Positions 37,121-46,091 are shown, counted from the stretch's first letter. The stretch: 46,682 bases of DNA from Thermoprotei archaeon (GCA_003650785.1 QMRW01000001.1:1-46682); one strand, 5' to 3'. Notes: generated by a model not told the origin, from the letters alone. Numbers and translations are program-made.

Positions 37121-38121
37121 GCTATACCACCAATATTTCTCATTCTCTTAAGTTCATAGTCCAATGAGGGTATTTTAGGTGGCCATCCGTATATATCTCT
37201 TATTATAAATACTACAGCTTGGGGAGCAACTAGTCCTCTTTCAGTTACTATAGCATCAATGTACTCAGGTGGTGTTACATCGAATACTGGAGCATATACT
37301 TCAACTCCTCTTAGTTCTTCAACAACCTCTTCTCTAATGAAGGATCGAGGTTCAGCTCTACCTAGCTCTATGAGCTCTCCAAGAAAAGTTCCCGGATAGA
37401 ACTTCAGCGTTTGAGCTAGTGCGAATACTCTAACTCTTGCTTCATTAGCTGCTAGTGCTATTAATGAAGTACCTACCTTATTTACAACAGCACCATTAGC
37501 AGCTACTGCTTCAGAACTGATTAACACGATATCTACATCCTTCATCATATACCTGGTAGCTGAATCCACGAAGACTGTAACATCAGCTCCAACTTCTGAT
37601 AGCTCCTCAGCCATCTCTAAGCCCTCAGACCCTGGTCTCGATTCAGGAATGTATACTTTTACGTACTTTCCTTCATCAATAGCATTTACTATTGCTGTTT
37701 TCACTACTGTACTATACGAGTAGGTCATTATAGTACTTCCATCAGATATTCTCCTAGATGCTATAATGGCTACTGTGTTATTTCTACGTTTTATATCGTC
37801 CTTTAGACTCTTAGATTCCTCTCTAACTCTGTCCTTAGCGAGTTCTAGTCCTCCTTTCTGAAGTAGGTTATTTATCCTTAAAGTGAAGTCTCTGATAATG
37901 TTTGACATGAGTGCAGATGCTGGCCTACTCTTAACCAGACTAGATGCTAGGTTTGGATAGTACTTTACCAGTGTGTTTACATCCTCAGCCTCTAATACTA
38001 TACTCGTGAGGATATCTAATGCTTTGAATACTGCTTTTGTCGAACTATGGATTCTCATTCTGCCTATATCTTCAACAACTCGGAAATACTTGGATGTATC
38101 AATTGTTACCATACCCCTCAC
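37117..38121 (-). CDS. eIF-2B alpha/beta/delta-family paralog with Ser/Glu at the catalytic Cys/Asp positions
   Basis: Collinear with 36146-37120 but has IMTYSYS (Ser135) and VLISSEAVAANG (Glu204). Its TGA overlaps the downstream ATG (ATGA at 37117-37120). Confidence 0.7.
   Translation of the reverse strand: MRGMVTIDTSKYFRVVEDIGRMRIHSSTKAVFKALDILTSIVLEAEDVNTLVKYYPNLASSLVKSRPASALMSNIIRDFTLRINNLLQKGGLELAKDRVREESKSLKDDIKRRNNTVAIIASRRISDGSTIMTYSYSTVVKTAIVNAIDEGKYVKVYIPESRPGSEGLEMAEELSEVGADVTVFVDSATRYMMKDVDIVLISSEAVAANGAVVNKVGTSLIALAANEARVRVFALAQTLKFYPGTFLGELIELGRAEPRSFIREEVVEELRGVEVYAPVFDVTPPEYIDAIVTERGLVAPQAVVFIIRDIYGWPPKIPSLDYELKRMRNIGGIA
37438..37505. repeat. 68-nt tract identical to 36446-36513 (copy 2)
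   Basis: Same 68-mer; encodes the shared AANGAVVNKVGTSLIALAANEA block. Confidence 0.9.
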
Positions 38122-38254
38122 CTAATTTGTGTCCTAATCTCCTTTAAAAGTATTTCAAGCTCTCTCGGAATTGAGTAAGTCTTAGATTTATAAGGAATGT
38201 ACTCAGGTAGGTCATATTTTTACGGTATCTCTATCCTTACAGTGTATCTAGTGT

Positions 38255-38968
38255 TTACAGTATACCGTATAGCTTAGCTAGTAGTAGAAGTATGTACGAT
38301 GATAGTGGTACACTTATATTATCATCTATAATCTCTGACATTTCTATGATACTAGATACAGCAGCTACTACTATTCCTATAGTACCTATTATAGGTAATC
38401 CTATAGCAGTACACATAATGAACATACCTAAATTACCAGACCAATGTTTAACTCTCCTCTTGAATAGGTAATTCCTAATGATGCCAGTTACTCCATCTCC
38501 AAAAGCCATGAAGAGTACTGGAACTACGCCAATTCTCTTATCTAGGTACCACGTCGATGCTATACATAGACCCCATGCAATGCAGAAGTATACTTCAGCG
38601 ATATTATTAGGATCCTGAAACCAGTACATCAACTTTCCGGTCCTATGAGGTAAGTAAGTGAGTAGAGCTAGTAGCATTCCTAAGACTAGAGGGATAAAAG
38701 GCTCCTTAAAGAATAAGTATACCATAATTGCCGCAAACCCTCCAGCTAGAATGTGAATAAGCTTTCTAGTATAATATACAGCTACCCAATGATTGTTGAC
38801 TCTAGCATTAACCTTCTCATAGAAGACCTTAGATACGTATACGACAACTATTAAGACCCATGCTAAGATAGGAGCTGCTAACAGTATATCATGAACTATA
38901 TCACCAAGAGATAGTGGTATGTAAGCTAACTCTTCCATGGTATCACATCTAACGTCTAGACTAAGCAC
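38255..38968 (-). CDS. polytopic membrane protein, dolichol/polyprenol kinase - cytidylyltransferase (CTP-transferase 1) family-like
   Basis: About 7 hydrophobic helices. FGDGVTGIIRN...KHWSGNLGMF resembles the GD..A..iG...K..EGs motif of the Sec59/phytol kinase/CDS family. GTG start at 38968, alternative ATG at 38938. Confidence 0.45.
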   Translation of the reverse strand: MLSLDVRCDTMEELAYIPLSLGDIVHDILLAAPILAWVLIVVVYVSKVFYEKVNARVNNHWVAVYYTRKLIHILAGGFAAIMVYLFFKEPFIPLVLGMLLALLTYLPHRTGKLMYWFQDPNNIAEVYFCIAWGLCIASTWYLDKRIGVVPVLFMAFGDGVTGIIRNYLFKRRVKHWSGNLGMFIMCTAIGLPIIGTIGIVVAAVSSIIEMSEIIDDNISVPLSSYILLLLAKLYGIL

Positions 38969-39082
38969 TAATAAGATTTAGCATAAGTCGTCTAAAATTT
39001 CAACAACTGTTGATTCTCAAAAGACAAGAGTCTGAAATCCTATATACAGATTTGCAGGAAGCTAAGTTCGAATATAGACATG

Positions 39083-39090
39083 TTTAAATA
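39083..39090 (+). promoter_or_regulatory. TATA-like box upstream of the 39119 operon
   Basis: TTTAAATA 29-36 nt upstream of the GTG at 39119. Confidence 0.3.
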
Positions 39091-39118
39091 AAGTGTAGAT
39101 TGAAGATCTTAGAGTTAG

Positions 39119-39739
39119 GTGGTGGAATTGCCCCTATTCGTAATGGTAATTAGAGGTAATGAGATACTACATTTCGATAAGGTCTCAACAGTATTCTTTA
39201 GAGATAACTACTTGGAACTACTTGGTACAATAAGGAATAGGTACAATAAGGAATATGAAACTATGAAGAAGTTGATGAGTACATACGGTCCAGTCGATCC
39301 TCAGGTACTACTCGATGAATTACTAGAACTACTGGATTTTGTAGCTAGTATGGATAAGGAATTACCTCGTGCTTACTTTTTCGCTGTTCTGCCTAAGGAC
39401 TTTGCGGATGCTATTAGCTTAATCCTGGGAGGAGCATCCAAAATAGAAATACCATTTGGGAATAAAGTCTATAGAGTAGTTGGTGGATTCAGAAATCCCG
39501 TATTACTTGAAGGAAAGAGAGTAGTAAGGTCATTGACAGAAGGAGAAGAGCTGACCATAGGAGAAGTTAAGTTCAAAGTATTCTCTCGCTCATGCTATGA
39601 GGCTTTGAGCGGTCCACTTAAGTCACTAGTACTAGCATCACTTCTAGGTATCAAATTTAAAGGAGATATTACACTAACAGAGGATCTACAGCTATACCTA
39701 GTACTAGGTAGGATGAGGTTTGGAACTCGTGGTAGGTAG
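39119..39739 (+). CDS. hypothetical protein (no recognisable family), first gene of a four-gene operon
   Basis: 206-aa ORF with coding-like composition, GTG start. Its stop is 7 nt before the next ATG. Confidence 0.5.
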   Translation: MVELPLFVMVIRGNEILHFDKVSTVFFRDNYLELLGTIRNRYNKEYETMKKLMSTYGPVDPQVLLDELLELLDFVASMDKELPRAYFFAVLPKDFADAISLILGGASKIEIPFGNKVYRVVGGFRNPVLLEGKRVVRSLTEGEELTIGEVKFKVFSRSCYEALSGPLKSLVLASLLGIKFKGDITLTEDLQLYLVLGRMRFGTRGR

Positions 39740-39746
39740 AAATAGT

Positions 39747-40433
39747 ATGATGAAGGTACTACGCAAAATCCTGAATAGACATCCGAGCATACTTGATGCC
39801 ATTCAGCTAAAAATAGTAAACTTCACTGAGTTGGCTCGATTTCTCAGAGAAGAAGTAGAGTTGGAAATAGGTAGAAGGATATCTATTGATGCTATAAGAA
39901 TGGGATTAATGAGATATATGGAGAAATTGACATCCTATACGAGTATTCAGGAGAATAAAATAATGAAAGTATTGGCCGACAGCTCTATTGAACTGAAAAG
40001 CGATATAGTAGTTGCTACATTTGATGAAAAAAGCCTCTGGGTAGCTATTCCTAAAATTATAAATAATATAGGACAGTACAGGTTCTTTCAATTCACTCAA
40101 GGAATAGGTCATATAACACTAGTAGTAGATAGAGAGAGCTACCCTAAGATCTTACAGGTAGTAGGCAGTCGCAGCCTCCTCAACCTAATACCAAATCAAT
40201 CGGCAATAGTGCTTACAAGTCCTAGAGGAATCATAGATACTCCAGGAGTAATAGCATACATAACATCACTCCTATGGAGAAATGGAATAAATATAACTCA
40301 GGTGATATCATGCCATGTAGATACGATATTCGTACTGGATAGAGAAGCCGCTGTGAAAACCTACTCCCTACTAGAAAGTCTAATATTATCCCTTAGATCA
40401 AAGAGCTCCTCAAGTGAAAAAAGGTATATATGA
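39747..40433 (+). CDS. ACT-domain protein with N-terminal HTH-like segment
   Basis: The C-terminus AIVLTSPRGIIDTPGVIAYITSLLWRNGINITQVISCHVDTIFVLDRE is an ACT-type beta-alpha-beta-beta-alpha-beta pattern. I prefer the ATG-ATG start at 39747 over the TTG at 39720, which overlaps the upstream gene. Confidence 0.5.
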   Translation: MMKVLRKILNRHPSILDAIQLKIVNFTELARFLREEVELEIGRRISIDAIRMGLMRYMEKLTSYTSIQENKIMKVLADSSIELKSDIVVATFDEKSLWVAIPKIINNIGQYRFFQFTQGIGHITLVVDRESYPKILQVVGSRSLLNLIPNQSAIVLTSPRGIIDTPGVIAYITSLLWRNGINITQVISCHVDTIFVLDREAAVKTYSLLESLILSLRSKSSSSEKRYI

Positions 40434-40478
40434 GGAATATACTCCAATCAAACTTAAACCATAATAATCTACTGTAAA

Positions 40479-41903
40479 ATGATTATGACAGGCCCAGCTA
40501 TAGGTAAGATCCCCCTTAAGGCTAAAGTGTACTTAATAGGAGGATTTAGTAGAGTACCTTTGGTTGGTACACAAGTTTACATACACCTAAAAGGGTACTC
40601 TGGTGCTAGAGTTACTCACTGTGATATTGAACATAGATTCCTAAACGAACTAGTAGCACCAAATACATCTAAATTCCTCAAGCTAAGATCTGATGATAAT
40701 AAGACTGTATCGATAGAGTTAGATGGTATCTATGAACTTAGTGTAGGTAGCGAAAAGTACAGGGTAGGTGCAATAGTGATAGAGTGTAGTGAATTGGCCA
40801 AGGCTCTAGGGAGAGCTAGTTTTAAGGTGTATGTGGGTGGTAAGGTTGGGGGAATATTCCTAGGACTGAGAAAAGAGTATATAGAAAAAATAGAGAAATT
40901 GGCCAATGCTTTAAGCGAAAACAGAGAGAAAAAGAGTAAAGAAAGTACTTATAAGGTGAGAGACCACAGTAATTTTCCGCTTAAAAGCAATATTAGTAAG
41001 AGTATATGGGGTATGAGATTGGGAACAGGTCTTAAAAGTGTTAGAATACCAGGGTGGACTAGAAATCTATTGCTAGGAGATGGACATGTACTGATAATTG
41101 GGAGAACTGGTAGTGGAAAGAGTAACACCCTCAGATTCCTAGCCAAGTGTGCTCTTGAAGTAGGATGGAGAGTACTTATATTAGACTGGAGTGGTGAGCA
41201 TAAGATCTCTGGTCTACCCAACTACTATCCCCTCATACCATACGACTTAGTTAGAGAACTACTACCGACAGTACTCGAAGAGACCCTAAGACCTACTAGT
41301 GGCGGAATAGCTATAGGCTACTCCGTCATGGAGGCTGCCTCTGAAGCGGAGAATTGGAGTGAACTCATAGCAGCTCTAAAGGCTATGGAAGCTAGGAGAG
41401 ACTTAGGGGCTACAGCTGCGCTCAGGAGATTAGTGCCTTTAAGAAGAGTCGGGGTTTTAGTAGATGATAGTATAAAAAGTGAGTACTTGAAGTATGCGAT
41501 ATTAAACCTCTCATACCTACCGCCCTTCGAGAGGAAGATAGCCTTATCTATGCTACTGGCTATGGTGTACGCTCTCGCTATAAATGGTAGATTCAACAAC
41601 ACTTGTATTTTCGTAGAGGAGGCATGGCAACTTCATACTACCCCCGATCAGCTACCGGTTACACTGATCATGCTAATGGAGCTTAGGAAGTATAATATCA
41701 AGGTCTTTGCAGTTTATCAGTACCTCTTTGAGATATTAATGCAACACAATCTAATAGTACACGACCTAGGTGCTAGAGCGAGAAGAGACGTGTACTCATT
41801 AGGACTTCCTGTAGATGCCCTGAGTCTGAAGATAGGAGAAGCCCTAATGTATTCAGTAACAGATAGCAAATGGAGGAAAATTAAAATACCCAGGGTAGAC
41901 TGA
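40479..41903 (+). CDS. HerA/FtsK-superfamily (DUF87-type) P-loop ATPase
   Basis: GHVLIIGRTGSGKSNTLRFL (Walker A, nt 41100-41123) and TCIFVEEAWQL (Walker B, hhhhEEA type). An N-terminal ~100-aa beta-rich segment could be a HAS barrel. Confidence 0.7.
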   Translation: MIMTGPAIGKIPLKAKVYLIGGFSRVPLVGTQVYIHLKGYSGARVTHCDIEHRFLNELVAPNTSKFLKLRSDDNKTVSIELDGIYELSVGSEKYRVGAIVIECSELAKALGRASFKVYVGGKVGGIFLGLRKEYIEKIEKLANALSENREKKSKESTYKVRDHSNFPLKSNISKSIWGMRLGTGLKSVRIPGWTRNLLLGDGHVLIIGRTGSGKSNTLRFLAKCALEVGWRVLILDWSGEHKISGLPNYYPLIPYDLVRELLPTVLEETLRPTSGGIAIGYSVMEAASEAENWSELIAALKAMEARRDLGATAALRRLVPLRRVGVLVDDSIKSEYLKYAILNLSYLPPFERKIALSMLLAMVYALAINGRFNNTCIFVEEAWQLHTTPDQLPVTLIMLMELRKYNIKVFAVYQYLFEILMQHNLIVHDLGARARRDVYSLGLPVDALSLKIGEALMYSVTDSKWRKIKIPRVD

Positions 41904-41904
41904 G

Positions 41905-43434
41905 TTGCTGGACATCACTAGGATATGGATGGAATCTGGACTCGTACCAAGAGAAGGACAGGCTAGGATCTCTCTCCAGATCGCCGAGTACCTAAGCGAG
42001 GGTAAGAGCGTAGCTCTCTCAGCACCTACTGGATGGGGTAAAACTATAGTCACTCTCATAGCATTAAAATCATCTAAACTCATACCTGCATTATGGCTCA
42101 TTAGGAGTCTATCTATAGGGAATAGAATACTCATAGATGCCGAGAAGATAAAGCTTCGTGCTATAGTGCTAGCCGGAAAGGAGAAGTGTTGTCTAAAAGT
42201 GCTCGAAGATGAGATAGAACAGGATGATGTCTACGAGTACTGTAGGAGAGCTAGGTACAAATGTAATTATTACTTAAATATCAAGCCAAGAAATACAGTA
42301 GAAGCTACTACATATCTGGAGTTAATAGATTACTTAAGACCTCTGAAAATCTGCCCATACTACGTTCAAGAACTACTCGTAGGTGATGTTATAGTACAGA
42401 ATTATTACAGGAGGAGAAGAAGTGTGAAGTGTACCGTTATAGATGAGGCTCATAATATAGTACAACCTAGAGAGATAGCTATTAGAGTGGATAAGTTGAA
42501 TGATGTAATAGCAGATCTGAAGAGAAGCCCTCTAGTACACAGTAGTAGTGTTCACGAAGTAGAGAGATTCTATAGATGGTTAAGAGATCTCGATGAAGGT
42601 ATAGTAGATCCACTATTATTCCTGAGTGAGGGAACTATACGAGAGATAGGTAGAGCTTATGTAGAGTATCTAGATGCAGGTATTAAAACAAGAATAGGTA
42701 GTCTCTTAAGGATTTTGAGATGCGATGTACTGTATAAGGAGGGGGATGAACTAGTAGGTTTTAATGCTACTAAAATCAATATACCTAAACCATCAGTACT
42801 CCTAAGCGGTACACTATTTCCCGAACTATTGAACATTCTGAAACCCGATGAAATTATAGAAGTACCCTACAGAAAGCGTAGAGCAATAATACTAGACTTT
42901 TTAACCTCCAAATATGGTGAGTTTGAGGAGACCTCCAACCTGAAGGAGTACCGAGAAGTACTAAGACTTATGAGGAGGAAATTTCACAGAGTAGTAGCTT
43001 TCGGCTCTTGGAGAGTAGTAAAGGTTCTTAAGGGAGAGGCTGATTTTGTAGAGGTTCTTCCTAGAGAGTGGAGTGGATTACTCATGCTGAAAGCAAGGGG
43101 AAGATTTAGTGAAGGTGTTGATATACCTGCAGATGTCATCATAGTACTGGGTGCACCCTACCTCACACCGGAGGTAATAAGGAGATTAATGGATGGTTAC
43201 CTAAGAATAGGACTCAGTACAGAGGAGGCTAGAAACGTAGCTAGCGATATACTTATGCTCTTAACCACTATTCAGTGCATTGGTAGAACAATCAGAGATC
43301 CCTCCTCAAATCCCCTCATAATACTCGCTGATTACAGGTTTAAAAAACAGAAAGCCTTGGAAAAGTTCTTCGAAATAGAATTAGCGAAAGATCTAAGGCA
43401 CCTAGAAAATATCATCACCAAGAAGTACAAATAA
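41905..43434 (+). CDS. XPD/Rad3-family SF2 helicase with Fe-S-type Cys cluster
   Basis: LSAPTGWGKT (motif I), Cys95/96, Cys113, Cys120 and Cys150 (ICPYY) before VIDEAHNI (motif II). Then LLSGTLFP, FSEGVDIP and QCIGRTIRD (motif VI). TTG start 1 nt after the ATPase stop; alternative ATG at 41929. Confidence 0.75.
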   Translation: MLDITRIWMESGLVPREGQARISLQIAEYLSEGKSVALSAPTGWGKTIVTLIALKSSKLIPALWLIRSLSIGNRILIDAEKIKLRAIVLAGKEKCCLKVLEDEIEQDDVYEYCRRARYKCNYYLNIKPRNTVEATTYLELIDYLRPLKICPYYVQELLVGDVIVQNYYRRRRSVKCTVIDEAHNIVQPREIAIRVDKLNDVIADLKRSPLVHSSSVHEVERFYRWLRDLDEGIVDPLLFLSEGTIREIGRAYVEYLDAGIKTRIGSLLRILRCDVLYKEGDELVGFNATKINIPKPSVLLSGTLFPELLNILKPDEIIEVPYRKRRAIILDFLTSKYGEFEETSNLKEYREVLRLMRRKFHRVVAFGSWRVVKVLKGEADFVEVLPREWSGLLMLKARGRFSEGVDIPADVIIVLGAPYLTPEVIRRLMDGYLRIGLSTEEARNVASDILMLLTTIQCIGRTIRDPSSNPLIILADYRFKKQKALEKFFEIELAKDLRHLENIITKKYK

Positions 43435-43636
43435 ATAAAATTCCTGAGTCTTCAAAAGATTACCATATAGTGACTATTTGTACGAGTCCTCATGGAGTAG
43501 CTATGTGCTTCAACATTCTAAGATAAAATAGCTTAGATTACGACATTTAGGGTAAGTTCGTTAAGAAGTGCAGTGGTATAGCCTATATTTGCTTCTAAAT
43601 ACATAAATAACTCCTACCAGGATCTAGAAATAGAGA

Positions 43637-45034
43637 ATGTCCCTAAGTAAAACTTATCTTACTCTACCACTCCATAGTAAACTAGACGATATAGAGAAAC
43701 TATTGAAAATCTACACTCTTGCAAAGTCCCTGAGTAGACCCTTTGGATTTGCTTACATAAGGAAAAATTTCATTCTGAGAGCTCTAAGTAGAACTAGAGG
43801 TTTAATACCACTCTACAAGGAGGTGAATATAGATCAGCGTCTAGTCTCCTTTCTAGAATCATACATAACTCTGGACTTTATGGACATGCTCTTCCATCTA
43901 CTTAAAGCAGTGAGTGATATTGAGGTTCGCGTCAATAATAGGGTGCATATAATTATAGTGGATCATGAAAAATCTGTAACTCGTATAGAAGAGCCAAGAA
44001 ACTATTTAGTAAAGGTAATTATAGTCTTTCCTAGATTGTTCAGAAAGGGACACATAACTATATTCTCAGAGAAGACGCTATTCCCCTGTGTCTTAAAAAT
44101 TATAAAAAGTGTACTTAGTGAACATCAGACACTTGATTCCTATAAGGAATGTAGGCCCTGGAGTGAGCTTAGTAAAAGGCAAGTGGAATTTCTCATGAGA
44201 TCTCTTAGAAACTACTCCCTAGAGGAGATATTCTCAGTAATCTTCTCTCTTAGGCCTAGTAAGAACGAGTTCGAATTGAGAGCGGGGTTAGATGTATTCA
44301 AGTACGGTCATGATCTAGTGGAAGAGATACTTGAAGTCACAAATAGATTTAGAAAAAGGGCAAGAAGTGAGAGATTAAGAAACGCTATAGTAAGGTTTGA
44401 ATCTGAGATCAAGAAATACAGGAGTAGATTATGGTTTGCAGACTTAGATAAGGATCTTATGGTCAAGATGCTGGACTGTATAAGGCGCTTATCAGAATGG
44501 GCAAGAGTAGACAAGGAAGAGCTTAAGAGTATGCTACCAATCCCGAGTAGAAGAATAACCATAAGACTATGGAAAAGATCTCTAGATGATCTCTTTATGG
44601 GCTTTTACGCTGGAACCTGTATAGCACTAGATGAAAGAAAGGTTATGCATGAATACATATTCGATCCCTATACTCTATTCTTCAGAATATACGTTAATAC
44701 GCGTCCTATAGGCCACATAAAGGTATTCATTTGTAAGGATGAAGATAGTGAAGTTGTACTGCACATAGATTACATAGGCCTATCTAGAGGTAAATACGAG
44801 AGATTACACAACGATCTTAAACTGTACTCTTTATCAGCAATTGTAAAATATGCCATGCTCAAGAACTATAGGAGAGTATATGTAGCGAAGGATGTTATTC
44901 CTATACTTCAGGCTAAGCTAGTTAGGAATAGCTTAGTCAAATTAGGTAAACAGGTATATTCCCAATATCTTGACAAGGATAAGTTCCTGATATGGGATGC
45001 GCTACCTAATATCAACAGCTTCAGAAATGTATGA
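43637..45034 (+). CDS. hypothetical protein (465 aa, no recognisable family)
   Basis: Long ORF with coding-like, basic, helix-rich composition. ATAAATA at 43603-43609 is a possible TATA box. Confidence 0.5.
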   Translation: MSLSKTYLTLPLHSKLDDIEKLLKIYTLAKSLSRPFGFAYIRKNFILRALSRTRGLIPLYKEVNIDQRLVSFLESYITLDFMDMLFHLLKAVSDIEVRVNNRVHIIIVDHEKSVTRIEEPRNYLVKVIIVFPRLFRKGHITIFSEKTLFPCVLKIIKSVLSEHQTLDSYKECRPWSELSKRQVEFLMRSLRNYSLEEIFSVIFSLRPSKNEFELRAGLDVFKYGHDLVEEILEVTNRFRKRARSERLRNAIVRFESEIKKYRSRLWFADLDKDLMVKMLDCIRRLSEWARVDKEELKSMLPIPSRRITIRLWKRSLDDLFMGFYAGTCIALDERKVMHEYIFDPYTLFFRIYVNTRPIGHIKVFICKDEDSEVVLHIDYIGLSRGKYERLHNDLKLYSLSAIVKYAMLKNYRRVYVAKDVIPILQAKLVRNSLVKLGKQVYSQYLDKDKFLIWDALPNINSFRNV

Positions 45035-45162
45035 GAGTTTAATGGATAATTCAACACCTGTCTCTATTGCACATAACTAGAAACTATATATCTAAGTTTA
45101 CGAGTGTGATTTCTTGTTTCATAATTCCCCTACTAGAGATGATTAAGTGGTTATCTATAAAG

Positions 45163-46017
45163 CTAAAGCTGGATTTCATAAAGCTCACATATGTTATCTA
45201 CATTAATTTTATAAACATAGTCAAAGTCTACCTTCTCCTCATCTAATAATCTCTTCCAAGATCTAGCTATAGCCCATGGCACTATTACGGCTCCAGGTCT
45301 TCTAGGATCATCTAAATAGTCACTCTCCACTAGATACTCCGGTGGTAGAGTTACCACTTCTCGAAGATTTGTGTATCTACCGAGAGTAGTTGTCATAATA
45401 CCTCTCTTAATCGCGAATAACATCTCCTCCATGAATGCATGATGCAGTACTACTTTATCCCTTCTAGCTCCAAGAGAGTGTACTAAAGAGTCTAGAAACT
45501 CTACTGTACTCTCACCGTGGTGCTCCATGTGTACGTGAATAGGTACTCCAAGCTCTCTAGCTACTTTAAGACTATACATCAATATACTCTCAGCTACCCC
45601 TAGACTATGTGGTGTAGTAGGATAGTGTTGTCTCCCTACTTCACCTATACCATCTACAAGTCCTTCTAGAACTAATCTTCTCACTAACTCTATTACACTA
45701 TATCCTAGAGACTTTATCTCCTCTAAAGATTTTCCACGCTTATGCCAGTAATCAATTTCGGCTGGATGGAAACCTGCATGTATAGTGTATTTTATACCTA
45801 CATCACTAAGTTTCTTACAGTAGTTAATAGTCATTCTAAAACTCTCTTCAAATGCTTTAACTGAGAACTCATAGATACCTAGATGTCTTGGTGAAAGAGC
45901 TACAACCCCTAGATACCAGCCTCCCACTCTCTTAAACCTTTTGCCAATAGTATTTATGTTCATACCTATTCTAGGATTTATATGACAATGTGCATCAGCT
46001 ATTGGGAAGGTGAACAT
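45163..46017 (-). CDS. TatD-related metal-dependent hydrolase (amidohydrolase fold)
   Basis: N-terminal DAHCHINP (HxH), later IHVHMEH, VLHHAF and ESDYLDD, consistent with the TatD metal ligands. Confidence 0.6.
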   Translation of the reverse strand: MFTFPIADAHCHINPRIGMNINTIGKRFKRVGGWYLGVVALSPRHLGIYEFSVKAFEESFRMTINYCKKLSDVGIKYTIHAGFHPAEIDYWHKRGKSLEEIKSLGYSVIELVRRLVLEGLVDGIGEVGRQHYPTTPHSLGVAESILMYSLKVARELGVPIHVHMEHHGESTVEFLDSLVHSLGARRDKVVLHHAFMEEMLFAIKRGIMTTTLGRYTNLREVVTLPPEYLVESDYLDDPRRPGAVIVPWAIARSWKRLLDEEKVDFDYVYKINVDNICELYEIQL

Positions 46018-46041
46018 ATCATAAGCCTCCCATTAAAGGTG

Positions 46042-46091
46042 TCAGCTCGGAAACCTTTTCGTCACAGCTCTGCGCTGCAATGGTTCATCAT
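46042..46091 (-). ncRNA. candidate archaeal C/D-box sRNA (2'-O-methylation guide)
   Basis: The minus strand reads ATGATGA(C)-accattgcagcg(12)-CAGA(D')-gct-GTGACGA(C')-aaaggtttccgag(13)-CTGA(D). It lies in a locally GC-richer island within a 154-nt spacer between two minus-strand genes. Confidence 0.4.

Noticed and set aside
38993-39006. TCAACA-AC-TGTTGA inverted repeat in the divergent spacer before the 39119 operon, considered as an operator.
   Set aside because: It is a short 6-bp arm that could arise by chance in AT-rich DNA. I note it only as a possible site to test if the operon is studied. The coordinates are approximate.
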